Source of the DNA: Octopus sinensis
Taxonomy: Eukaryota
Assembly: GCF_006345805.1 (NCBI RefSeq)
Contig: NC_043002.1
Coordinates: 85,560,001 to 85,624,000 of the forward strand
Direction: 5' to 3'
Length of the DNA: 64,000 nt
This document shows positions 52,930 to 63,983 of this stretch, piece after piece; the stretch's first letter is position 1; each line of letters begins with the position of its first letter. A program made the position numbers and the translations under genes. Below the pieces are notes generated by a model that saw only the letters and a list, made by a program, of their open reading frames with translations, had not been told where the DNA came from and made no database searches.

Positions 52930-53135
52930 GTCAGTTCATTCTGTATTCTTGAGCACATTGGGCAGTGATTTGACTCCACTGGTTTCTATTGGCTGTGGTT
53001 TTCTCTGCATCTGGCCTTTGACATAACAGTTTCAAATGCTCTGCACCATGTAGTTTTTGGTCTTTTTCTTTTTATTTCCTTCAGAGGTATCTATTTGAAA
53101 GCTGTTTTAGAATGGCATACAACATGTCTGTAGAT
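52930..53135 (-). mobile_element. RTE-clade LINE ORF C-terminal remnant
   Basis: HVVCHSKTAFK*IP...KRKRPKTTWCRAFE and ANRNQWSQITAQC resemble the RTE G.R.RGRP..TW / A.DR..W motifs. Confidence 0.65.
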
Positions 53136-53829
53136 TTTTAGCCAACAATGAATGTAAATATTACATCGATTTACACAATATCTCTGTAGACAGAAATAAA
53201 AGGAAGTGAAAGAATCTGTGTCTCTACATTTGTGATATGTGTGTGTGTGCATGCTTCGTGTATACATGTATGTGAGTGTGTGTGTGTATATGTAGGTGTG
53301 TGTGTATGTATGAATGCCCATCAAGAGAAAGGGAAGCCCATCTTACCATTAATTATTTAACAAAAATGATATATGTGCTTATTTATTTGAATGTGTAAAT
53401 ACTGATAAAACCTAAAGAGAAAAACACTTGTGTATATATGTTTAAGATATGTGTGTCTGAAATAGAGAGAGGGGGAAGAGAGAGAAGAGGGAAGAGAAAG
53501 AGAAGTAGACTGATACAGAGAGAGAAGGAGAGTTGAAGACAGAGAGAAAGTGAAATGAAAGAGAAACTGCAAGAGAAAGAAAAGCAGTAAATTTGACATC
53601 ATAAAATATCAATGTTTCTGTTTCTCACACAAATGCTCCTACTCTCCCAACTCTCCATTTCAACAATCAGTCTTTCAACACATCTTTTCTTGAATTTCCT
53701 TCCCTTTTTTCACCCCCTTAGAGGAATCTCAAACTTGGGAGTATTTTTTTCTTCTTCTAGCAATATTTTGGAATGATTTTGGATTTGTGTGCAAATTTTG
53801 GAAAAGATTTGTTGTTTTGATATGATGTT

Positions 53830-54065
53830 TGAAGGCGGCAAGCTGGCAGAATCATTAGCACGCCAGGTGAAATGCTTAGCAGTTTTTCTTTTGCTGTTAC
53901 GTTCTGAGTTCAAATTCCACCAAGGTCGACTTTGCCTTTCATCCTTTCGGGGTCATTTAAATAAGTACCAGTTACGCAATGGGGTCGATATAATCGACTT
54001 AATCCGTTTGTCTGTCATTGTTTGTCCTCTCTGTGTTTAGCCCCTTGTGGGTAGTAAAGAAATAG
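53830..54065 (+). mobile_element. tRNA-derived SINE family A
   Basis: gaaggcggcaagctggcagaatc...gagttcaaattcc...gggtagtaaagaaatag. Confidence 0.92.
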
Positions 54066-54469
54066 ATATGATGTTCCAAGACAAATGGACTGACATCGTC
54101 ATATAGATATAAATGTATGGATGAGTAAGGGATAAGGTGATGAAGAATGAATAGTAAGAGACAGGTTACAGTAAAAGTTTGTCAGAAAATTATTAGTAAA
54201 TGTCAGAAAAATTTTGTTTGAGCAGACCTCTGAGTGAAAAATGAAGGTGCATAGCTCATGGCATTTCCTGAAACAGGTGGCAAGTTGTATCATTCAGCAA
54301 GATACTTCATGTTATATTGCTGTGAAAATAGTACTAGCCAATTGCTGGTACAGCCTTCTCTCCCTCTATCTGTAACATCTTAGGTATTTCACTGGATCAA
54401 GGATGTGTAGGTAGAGAGATTGTCTATGTCCCCTTACAACTATAAGAATAAAAAAGGATAAAGCATCGT

Positions 54470-54675
54470 TCTTGAGCCCTATGGGGTTGTAAAAGCCAGT
54501 TTCCATGGAGTAATCCAGTCTGTCACAGAATTACTCAGTTTTGTCAGCTGTGTGGATTGGAGCAACATGAAATGAAGTGTTTTGCTCAAGAACAAAATAT
54601 GTCACCTAGTCCAGGAATTGAAACCACAATCTTACTATCATAAATCCAACACACTAGCCACTAGGCCACACACTT
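54470..54675 (-). mobile_element. Degenerate SINE family B3
   Basis: gagcaacatgaaatgaagtgttttgctcaagaac...ccaggaattgaaaccacaatc. Confidence 0.75.
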
Positions 54676-55131
54676 ACAACTATATAGGTACCTAAATCAT
54701 TTAGTAAAAGATTAATGTATAATACATGTTAGCAAGCCATGCTCACTTGCTAGTGATGGCTGTACTGTACTGTACTACTATGACTGAAATATATGAATGG
54801 AGTCATTCCACCCATGACTAGTCCACCTAGTGTGGTGTATCTAAGTCTACATCTATCCTTCTGGTTTACCCTTTTTTTTTTAAGGGAAGCAAGTTAAGAT
54901 TTAAGAGAGATTTAGCTGCTATTTCAAGCAGCTTGAAAGACCATATTGAAGCCCACTAGTTGGCTCAAAATCAATTGTGTTGAGCAAAGAGGCATTACAA
55001 AATCTTTGCATCATACACACACAAACCTATGCACTCACACACACACACATATGTATACACATACACGTATTCATATTTAAATAGATTTTGTTTTGGAAAA
55101 ATGGCAAATAACTTAGAAAATTGCATTGAGG

Positions 55132-55166
<35 letters not shown>

Positions 55167-55554
55167 CTGTGTCTGTGTATGTGTGTCTGTGTGTGTGTGT
55201 CTGTGTATTTGAGAAAGACAGACAGACAGGCCGACAGTCTGACAGACTGACAGAGATAAAATGACAAGAAAAAGGAAAAAAGAAGAGGAGGTTAAGGGTG
55301 TCCAGAAGTAAAGGAAATTCGTGAGAAAGAGAAGGAAAATATTAAGACTGGGAGAGAAAATAAAAATAATCAGAATTCTGAAAGAAATAGTATCTGTAAA
55401 ATTGAGTTTGAAATACAGGAAGAATGCTCGGAGAAAAATGTTTAAGTCAATAAGTGTTCAATTACTTCTATGATACCTGTAGTTATTTGAAAATCCACAT
55501 CTCCATACAGCTTTGGTAAATAAAGTAGTGAATCTTGTTTGGGGAACAAATGCC

Positions 55555-55810
55555 ATGATGATGGTGGTAGTGGTGGTGGTGTTGGTGGTGATGGTGGAGA
55601 TTATTATTATTATTATTATTATTGTTATTATTATTATTATTGTTATTATTATTATTGATGGTGGTGGTGGTCTAGGTGTGGATGGTGAAAGGGGTGCTGG
55701 TGGTTGTGGTGGCAGCAGTGGCGGTGATGACAGTGGTGGTGGTGGTGGTGGTCTTGTTGATGGTCTTGGTGCTGGTGGTGGTGGTAGAGGTGCTGGCAGT
55801 AGTAGTAGTA

Positions 55811-55878
<68 letters not shown>

Positions 55879-55969
55879 CCAGTAGTAGTAGTAGTAGTAG
55901 TAGTAATAGTACTACTACTAGTAGTAGTAGCAGTAGTAGTAGCAGCAGCTGCAGTAGTAGTAGTAGTAT

Positions 55970-56009
<40 letters not shown>

Positions 56010-56035
56010 GGTAGTTGACAACTACTTCAAGAAAA
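55555..56035. repeat. Compound (GGT)n/(ATT)n/(GTA)n trinucleotide repeats
   Basis: Direct reading. Confidence 0.92.
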
Positions 56036-56926
56036 ACATTGTAACATAGGAAGATGTTTTCTTTGGAATGAGAAATGCGGAACTCTATACAGACAATGAA
56101 AATTCCCCCCTGGACAGAAGTGTGAAAGGCAACCATGATTTGTATCATTAGATTTTAATCATTGATGACATTTTAGTGTCTGTCTGTGTAACTGAGGAAC
56201 CGAGGAAGATGAGAGCAAGACATCAGATATCTTCAGAATGTTTTGGTATTATTTGTTTTCTATTGTTTTGTCTGTAATTTTTTTTTCTCCTACTTGAATA
56301 TATTTTGTTTTATTAATTAAAGCGTTTGTTTTAAATGACATGAAACACTGCCAGTCCTCTCGCATACTGTGCCGCATATAAAAATAATCTCTTCAGTTTT
56401 ATTAAGCGGATTGTTTGAAATAAGAGACTACAAGATACATGTGATGGTTGTTGTAAGGTTATGATAAATGGCCTGCTCATTAATCTCGTAATCAGAAGTT
56501 CAGACTAGTTTTGGGTACAGATTTATCAAATTTTGAGTTAACAAACTTAACAGTACTTCATAGACTTTATATGCAAGTTCATCAATTCTGTTGCCTCTTA
56601 GCCCCTTTGAGTTGAATCTTCATCCTATCTGCCAAGTAAGTAGAAAGGCTAGAATAGAAGTGAGAGGGTGAAAGAAAGAAAAGGGGAAAGAATGAAGGCA
56701 AGAGAGAGAGAATCACATGAGTATATAAAAAAAACTTACTTGTTAATACAAATTCCAGTGTTTGTTGCATTCCATTACTTGATAAATGCAAAATGTATAA
56801 ACAAACAACATAATGTATACTGAATGTAAAAATGAACAGGAGACAAAACAGACAGTCTGTAATTCTTCATCAGATACATACATACATACATACATACATA
56901 CATACATACATACATACATACATACA

Positions 56927-57585
56927 AAGGAGTACTGGTGGAATGTCCCAGTGAAAACCTCTATAAAAATGTAAACACAATAGCCTGATATAATGATCTG
57001 GGATAAAGAAGAGAAACTGTACAATTGTGGAAATCAGCTGCCCAGCTGATGTTAACATAAAGCTAAAGATCAAGGAAAAAGAGAATACCTATGCTGAACT
57101 ATTGAGAAATCTATAGTTAATCTATCCAGATTATAAGTTCAGGTTTATACCTGTAATTATTGGGGCACTGTAATTATACCTGTAATTATTGGTAATACAC
57201 TGCCTAAATACCAATCTTGAAAAATTAGGCTTCTCAAAACTACAAAGGAGAAAGCTGATTCAAAGACTACTGGAACTGTAAAAATCTGTAAAACTTTCCA
57301 GAAGTTTATCATTTAAGTATATTATGAGCGTGTCTTAATATGCAACTATATGCATGAAAATACATAGATAAACAAAACATACAAATCTACACATATACAT
57401 ACACACATACATACATACATACATACATACATACATACATACATACATACATACATACATACATACATACATACCCTGTTGATGTTGAAATTCCAATGAA
57501 GGAAACTTGGAACTAGATTAGAAACTGGCTCTTTCTCTGTTGGCAAAATATCTTGAACTAAAACTGAATAATTACAAACATACAT
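56927..57585 (+). mobile_element. 3' end of an RLE-type (R2/R4/NeSL group) non-LTR retrotransposon within (TACA)n
   Basis: Frameshifted reading KEYWWNVPVKT...HN.PDIMIWDKEEK.CTIVEISCPADVN...KEKENTYAELL...FIPVIIGAL fits the PD-(D/E)xK RLE domain; (CATA)n at 56873-56926 and 57405-57473. Confidence 0.85.
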
Positions 57586-57619
57586 AATGTATATATATAT
57601 GAAAAATACAAGTGCATAC

Positions 57620-57789
57620 AGAATATTTAAATCTGCTTCATCCAAAAGTACCCAGAAGCATTGCTTTTGATTTAATGGGGCATGAAGGATTCTACCTCTC
57701 CTGGAGAATAACCCTTCATATGTTCGTTTATCTGTCGGTGTCATCTTTACTAAAACAATCTGTCTTTTTGGGTGCTTGCTACTGGCTGC
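57620..57789 (-). other. Candidate 170-nt coding exon, product unknown
   Basis: ag/gt-flanked open frame AASSKHPKRQIVLVKMTPTDKRTYEGLFSRRGRILHAPLNQKQCFWVLLDEADLNIL; not recognised. Confidence 0.2.
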
Positions 57790-58402
57790 CTATTTCAAGT
57801 CCAACAAAATGAAATGTATTAACTGGTTCGTTATTCTCCATATCATACATTAAATTAGTTAGGTAATCATCGCTCTAGCAGACCAATAATTTAACATGAT
57901 ATCATTGATTAAAGGGGTCACAATGACATTTATATTTGTTGTATAAATCAAATATTTTAATGAGACATTATTTCTGACACCTTATGTTATTTAATGTAAG
58001 ATTATCATGAAGTCTGAAAATTTCACATCAAATACAAAAACAACAGAAGATCATTTGGCTATTTGATTTCTGCAATTCATGCGCATTTATGCAAAATTCT
58101 GGAAAATTCTTCAAAGTGCTTTATTTTAATGATGGATAGGAGTGTTTCTACTATAATTTGTCTTATTTAGTAATTATTCTTGGAGACACCATGTTATTTC
58201 TTTTTATGGCATATTATCAATATTTCAAATTATAATCAACATCAAAGTAGAGACAGAGAGAGTTTATAGAACTGGATTCTTCATTGGCAATTTCTAAATC
58301 CTCACTCAGTGTCATGAACAGGATAAACTCTTCTCCTGTCATTATAAGAAAATGATTTGTAATATTTTGTATGATAACCTTAACATAATAGAACTTATGT
58401 AA

Positions 58403-59150
58403 GTGAGACTTGGCAATGACAGCATGGTCTCACTCCATTTCCACTCTGCTAGTCATTCACTACAACATCTGTCTGTGTATCGGATTGTGTTTGCAGAGGG
58501 GCCATCCAGACTCCTGCCTTCACCATGAACAGGAATTAATCTTCTCTCTTCGCTCCTTTGCATCACATGGGCCCAACTCCCCTCCTTTCTTCATCTGACT
58601 CCCCTCCTCTCCTCTCTACATCTGACACCTACTTCCTCTCTTTACTCCAACCCACCTCTCCTCTCTCTTGCTCAGATACCTACTTCCTCTATTCACTTCT
58701 ACCCACCTTCACTTTTCACTGATACCCACACCCCACACCCACATATCCCACCCCTAACCCACATCTCCCCCTGCACCCACATCCATGCACCACACACCAC
58801 CACATCACACCACCCCACAGACACTAGCACTGACCCCTTTCCAGCACCCACACCACACACCCACACACACATTCTCACATACTCTCACACGCATGTGCAC
58901 CTTCGTTTTGGGATCACCAATACTTGTTTATCTCTCCTTCTTTCTACCTCGCCTGTCAAACCATTTTTTCCCTACTAGTCGCCATGCTTGATCCCTAAAT
59001 CCACAAGTTCTTTTTTATATTTTCTCTCTCTTTATTTTATCATTCCTTCCAGTTGAAGAGCGTAGGCTTGAAATGTAAGAGACTTTCTCACTTTCCCATA
59101 CATCAAACTAATACACCAGCTTGTTGTTTACACACCTGTCTTCATCTTTT
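58403..59150 (+). mobile_element. Penelope-like element 3' end: GIY-YIG endonuclease C-terminus, UTR, decayed hammerhead
   Basis: VSLHFHSASHSLQHLSV / GLCLQRG...EQELIFSLRSFASHGPNS..F* (one frameshift) matches the PLE HF.S..HS and E..LIF.L.T..P.GLN motifs; GAGC-gtag-GCTT-GAAA-TGTA at 59058-59077. Confidence 0.75.
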
Positions 59151-59283
59151 GTTTTTCTGTAAATTTCATATATATATGTATATATACCAGAGTAAGCACA
59201 TAAATGTGAAACAAGGTGGAAAAAAGAGTACTCAAATACCAGAGGCAGAGTAGTATGCTTTATTTAAAAGCAGCAGAAATATA

Positions 59284-59390
59284 ACAAAAGCTGTTACTCA
59301 GAGTTTCACATTCCCGTTTGTCAGACAGCTTTGTTAAAAAAAAAACTGCCCAACGAACGGGAACGTAAAACTCTGAGTAACAGCTTTTGT
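59284..59390. ncRNA. Hairpin made of two inverted, decayed minimal hammerhead ribozymes
   Basis: Minus copy ctgt-CTGACAA-acg-ggaa-tgt-GAAA-ctctgag-TA-acag; plus copy ctgc-CCAACGA-acg-ggaa-cgt-AAAA-ctctgag-TA-acag; their consensus is a canonical core. Confidence 0.75.
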
Positions 59391-59446
59391 GCTTTGAAAT
59401 TAAGTATATATATTATATATATATATCTATATATATATATATATAC

Positions 59447-60245
59447 GCGAGAAAGAAGCAACAAGAATGGATAGGTTTTTAGTACAATCGTTTCATACAA
59501 GGACAGGCTTTATTAAATTGCAAAATTACAGCATATAAGCGTGTCCCGTACTCATCAGCTAAAATACATGTGAGTTCTCTAGACATCCTAGTGGTTGCAG
59601 CTATACTCATGAAGTAATGTAGATAATTAAGTAACATAAACAGAATTTCCAAAGTTCATTAAAGTTCTTTAAAGATGTGTACAGTCTTATCACAGAATTT
59701 TAAAAAAGTTTTAATAGCATCACAGAGAAGGTGACCTAATCCATAGTGCACATATGAATTTCCAGAGATATGAGGAGGGATTACATACTCACAGACGACA
59801 ATTTATCATTGTTAATCACAACGAGGGGGTCTCAATTCCTGCTTATTAGCATTACAGAGAGGGTGAATAATCCTTTGTATAGATGCACAATTTCCAATGG
59901 TGTAGATGTAAATTTCCAGAGAAATGAAGAGGAATTTCATATTCACAGGCGATAAATTTATCAATGGTTGAACACAATGAGGTAGGTATCAATTCTTGTT
60001 ATATGATTAGGTATTTGCCACATTAATCACATTACTGCTATTTACAAGAGGCTGTAGCTATTTAACTTTTAAAGGCTGAAGGGCTTTCTAGAGATGCAAA
60101 GAACAGAAAAGGGAAGGGAAGCAAAGAAAAGAGAGAAAATAAAGGAGGAGGGAGCAAAAAGGGGGGGGGACTAAAAGAGAAGAGAAAAGGAAAAAGAGAA
60201 AAGATTGTACTAAAAACCTATCCATTCTTGTTGCTTCTTTCTCGC
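59447..60245. mobile_element. ~800-bp hammerhead-bearing unit bounded by a perfect 43-bp inverted repeat
   Basis: 59447-59489 is the exact reverse complement of 60203-60245; internal ~155-bp tandem duplication at 59757-59985. Confidence 0.75.
59477..59564 (-). ncRNA. Minimal type I hammerhead ribozyme, core intact
   Basis: ttttag-CTGATGA-gtacgggaca...tgtccttgtat-GAAA-C-gatt-G-TA|ctaaaa; 6-bp stem I; predicted cleavage between 59483 and 59482. Confidence 0.8.
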
Positions 60246-60360
60246 TTATAATCACCCCACATTACGTATTGTTAAAACAGTATATTTTTGTTTTTGGTGC
60301 ATCTAAGTTAGGTACCATATTCAAGTAAATTCATTTAAAATTAACTTGAATCTTTATTGC

Positions 60361-60401
<41 letters not shown>

Positions 60402-60599
60402 GAAATGAAGAAAATGCTGACAAGGGAGAGTGTATTTAATTAGGTGAAAGTTCTTTTTACCGCTTGCGCATTTGTTATGCTTATCAAAAGATATTTTTTT
60501 AAGAGAGATAGAGTTCCTTCTGATAGATTTTTTTCTCTTTATATATATATATATACATGATATAAATAATATATAAATATATGCATATATACATACATA

Positions 60600-60870
60600 A
60601 AGCCGGACTAGATTATTTTATGCTCAACTCCATTGTCTCCCGAGACAAAAAGGATGCCAACAACATGTACATACCTACATATGTATATATACATGCATAT
60701 ATGGGCACAGGACATAAAAAACGTTAAACACAATGAGAAATGAAAACATAGAAAACAAACTTTATTGTGAACAATGAAAAAAACAGAGAACAGAGACATG
60801 CAACATAAAGAACATTCCCCTTCATCAGTTGTCCCTGTTTCATCTACTCTGCATTTCAAAGATGTATATA
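60600..60870 (-). mobile_element. Non-autonomous repeat related to the 49.3-kb foldback arms
   Basis: cttcatcagttgtccctgtttcatctactctgcatttc resembles ctcatcagttgtcgactgttttactactccgtacttc at ~49378. Confidence 0.5.
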
Positions 60871-61002
60871 TATAAAATAAAAAATAAATAAATATAACGA
60901 GGGCATTTGAATCATAACTGCGAATATAATTGACTGAACCACACGTGTGTTTGACGTTATGTTAAAATCTGGCGTGGGGTTCAGTAAATTGTATTCAAGA
61001 CA

Positions 61003-61081
61003 AATTCTACTGAAGAGCTACAGATATATTATGTAAGTAAAATTACATAATCCATTAATAGCGAAACAATTGTCTAGAATT
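61003..61081 (+). ncRNA. Intact minimal type I hammerhead ribozyme (Penelope type)
   Basis: aattcta-CTGAAGA-gcta[38 nt with a 9-bp hairpin]tagc-GAAA-C-aatt-G-TC|tagaatt; 7-bp stem I, 4-bp stem II, palindromic ACAATTGT stem III; predicted cleavage after 61074. Confidence 0.9.
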
Positions 61082-61235
61082 AATCTACATTTTTGTTATT
61101 TTTCATTTGTCCTGCTCGTTTACATTCATAGTTGTGCCAATTCTCCTTGGAAACAATTCTTGGTGGTTGAGACCATAGCGGATCTATTTTTAGCGCAAGA
61201 GTCGACCACATAGTGGACACCCTCTTATATTTGTG

Positions 61236-61274
<39 letters not shown>

Positions 61275-61445
61275 ATGTGTGTGTGTAACTGAAACATTTC
61301 CATCCTTCATCTCCTCACCTGTCATTTCTTAAGTAACTAATTCTTCACATTGCTTCTTTTATGCACACTCTCTCTGAAATAATGAAATGAAAATAGCTCA
61401 TATCTCATCCTGCCTCTTTCCACAGCCCCATCTTTGAATTTCCCT

Positions 61446-61675
61446 TTAATCCTTTAGCATTTACACTGGCCATATCCGGCTCAAATATCCTATCTGTTTT
61501 ATGTCGAAACTGGCAAGACCTGGTCACTCACACCTGTCCTACAATGTTACTTTAGGAATAAACAATCACATCATCGAAATCGCAAAGCTTTGACATAAGG
61601 CATGATTAATTTAAACTAATGTAACTAAATAAGCATTGCATTTAACATTTTACTATCTAAATGCTGAAAGGTTAA
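61446..61675. mobile_element. TTAA MITE, uninterrupted
   Basis: ttaatcctttagcatt ... aatgctgaaaggttaa; opposite orientation to 3762. Confidence 0.8.
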
Positions 61676-62333
61676 AGAAGATGCCTGTGTATATTGGATG
61701 GTTTGAGTGTCTAATGAAGGAACTTCTGCATGGCTACTTGACCTGCTGGAAATAGCAGTCAGTCATAAAATTCCAACTACACATATATGTAATTTATTGA
61801 CGTAAGCAAGAGCTCAGTGCTATGTCACACCTTAGATTATATATGTGAATCAAGATAAATACGCTTTTGTTTCTTTTTTTCTTTGTAATTATAATGGCAG
61901 CTAGAGATTTGTAAGATACTCATGTATAAGAGCAGGTATAACTGTGTGATTAAAGTGTGGTTTCAGGTTCAATACCACTGCTCATAACTTAAGGTGATCA
62001 TTTTTTTTTTTTTTACTGTAGCCTTGGGTTTCTCCAAAGCCCAGTTCAATTAAGTAGAGAGAAACTATATAAGAACATACTGAAGAGACCATATTTATTC
62101 TTGATTGGTTGGCTTAATCTGTTGCCCTGTTAAACACTCCCAACTTTAGCAACACCTATTGTGCTGCAAGGGTTAGAGCTAGGTCTCCAGCCTAAGGAAA
62201 TCTCCCTCTCTTATTCCCACTGATTTCTAGAGTCCTAAAAAAGTTTGTAGATGTTGCCCTTCCATCACTGACTTATTCACCAAAAAAAAAACAAAAAAAA
62301 AACCCCACCAAAAGGTCTTGAGCTCTCATTTGC

Positions 62334-62537
62334 TTAATGCTACATTTAAACTGGTCATATCCAGCCAAAATATTCTACCATATCCAATCTCTCACACTTA
62401 CCCAACAATGTCATTCTAAAAATAAACAATCCCATCATTGAAATCTCAAAGCTACAAGATAATGCATGATTAACTCAAAACAATGTGAATAAATAAGCAT
62501 TATATTTGACAGTGTTATCTGAATGCTAAAGGGTTAA
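62334..62537. mobile_element. TTAA MITE, left end decayed
   Basis: Body matches 61446; ends gaatgctaaagggttaa. Confidence 0.75.
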
Positions 62538-62699
62538 CCTGAGTCTAGTCTGAAGAGCTTTTAATTTGTGAATATCAAAGTATCATAAAGAGAGGATTAA
62601 CAAGCCTAAAAAGTTCTCGTTTTCAAGCACCATTGACTGTGTCACAACAAGGCTCTGTTGTGTCCAAGATTTAAATTTTATGTAATGTTCTAACATTAC

Positions 62700-63000
62700 A
62701 TTACCAATGCTGGTGTGTTTACATCCCTGTAACTTAGCGCTTTGGCAAACGAGACCAACAGAATAAGTACTAAGCTTACAAAGAATACGTTCTAGGGTTG
62801 ATTTACTTCCGCCGCTACCTCGTGCTAGCCGCAGTTTGTCATCTTTCGGGATTTTACGGGACGGACCACGTACTCCTATCGAGCGCCGGTATCTCGTGAA
62901 CGCCTTCCGGCACCGGTGGCGGCTACGTCCACGCGTACGGGGGTCGACTAAAGGCAGTGCCCCAGCATGGCTACAGTCTAATGACTGAAACAAGTGAAAG
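62700..63000 (+). mobile_element. 3' half of SINE family C interrupted by a GC-rich insert
   Basis: gctggtgtgtttacatccc...aagaatacgttctagggttgatttactt [insert] tcgactaaaggcagtgccccagcatggc. Confidence 0.85.
62809..62943. other. 135-bp GC/CpG-rich insert of unknown origin
   Basis: 86 of 135 bases are G/C, ~20 CpGs by hand count; absent from the other family C copies in this window. Confidence 0.85.
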
Positions 63001-63471
63001 ATATTATATTCCTAGAGCTTTCGTAGTTTCTCATCATTTTGGTTACATGAGTGTTGCATTCTATTAGATTTGAGCTTCAAAAGAAATAGGGATAAGGATG
63101 TTGTCAGCTAATAATTATAATAACGTGCATGGGAATGTAATAAAATGATTGTTATTCGCAAACAAACAGGACAGGATATTGCAGGGTAGTCAACTGTTTC
63201 TAAATATTGAACATAATTAGTTGTGTACATGCTTTAACAGAAACTATGATGGTTTCTGCTGTTTAATAAGATACATATTTGTTTGTTAAACTTCTGGGGT
63301 TTGACCTCTAATTGTGTGGGGAAAATGTTTTTATAGGCCAAAAACATTACTCTGAAGAGTAACATGTTGGAGTCTTACACAAATAAAATTTTCCTTGCTG
63401 TTATTGAAAACAGACATTAACTGAAGAAATGAACAAGCACATTATATTATATTATATTATATTATATTAAG

Positions 63472-63950
63472 TGCAGGCATGGCTGAGTGGTAAGGATTTT
63501 GCTTCTTAACCACATAGTTCTGGATTCAGTCCCACTGCATGGCATCTTGGGCAAGTGTCTTCTAGTATAGCCTCAGACTGACCAAAGCCTTGTGAATGGA
63601 TTTGGTAGATGGAAACAGAAAGAAGCTGTTGTGTGTGTGTGTGTGTGTATGTGTGTGTGTGTGCATGTGTGTGTCTTTGTGTATCTTAGTCCCCCACCAC
63701 TGCTTGACAGCTGGTGTTATTTACATCCCTATAACTTAGCAGTTTGGTAAGAAAGACCAATAGAATACATACTAGGCTTAAAATATAATAGGTGTTGGAA
63801 TGACTGTGTGGTAAGTAGCTTGCTTACGAACCACATGGTTCCCGGTTCAGTCCCACTGTGTGGCACCTTGAGCAAGTGTTTTCTACTCTAACTTCAGGCT
63901 GACCAAAGCCTTGTGAGTGGATTTGGTTGACAGAAACTGAAAGCCCATTG

Positions 63951-63983
<33 letters not shown>

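Noticed and set aside
52915-53135. Apparent exon ending in a gtaagt donor
   Set aside because: Better explained as an RTE LINE remnant; all frames are interrupted.
53355-53425. Strong minus-strand acceptor/donor pair
   Set aside because: Stop codons in all three frames; at most a non-coding exon.
62830-62856. Similarity of CCCGAAAGATG (minus strand of the GC insert) to 28S rRNA
   Set aside because: Only an 11-nt exact match; the flanks do not follow rRNA.
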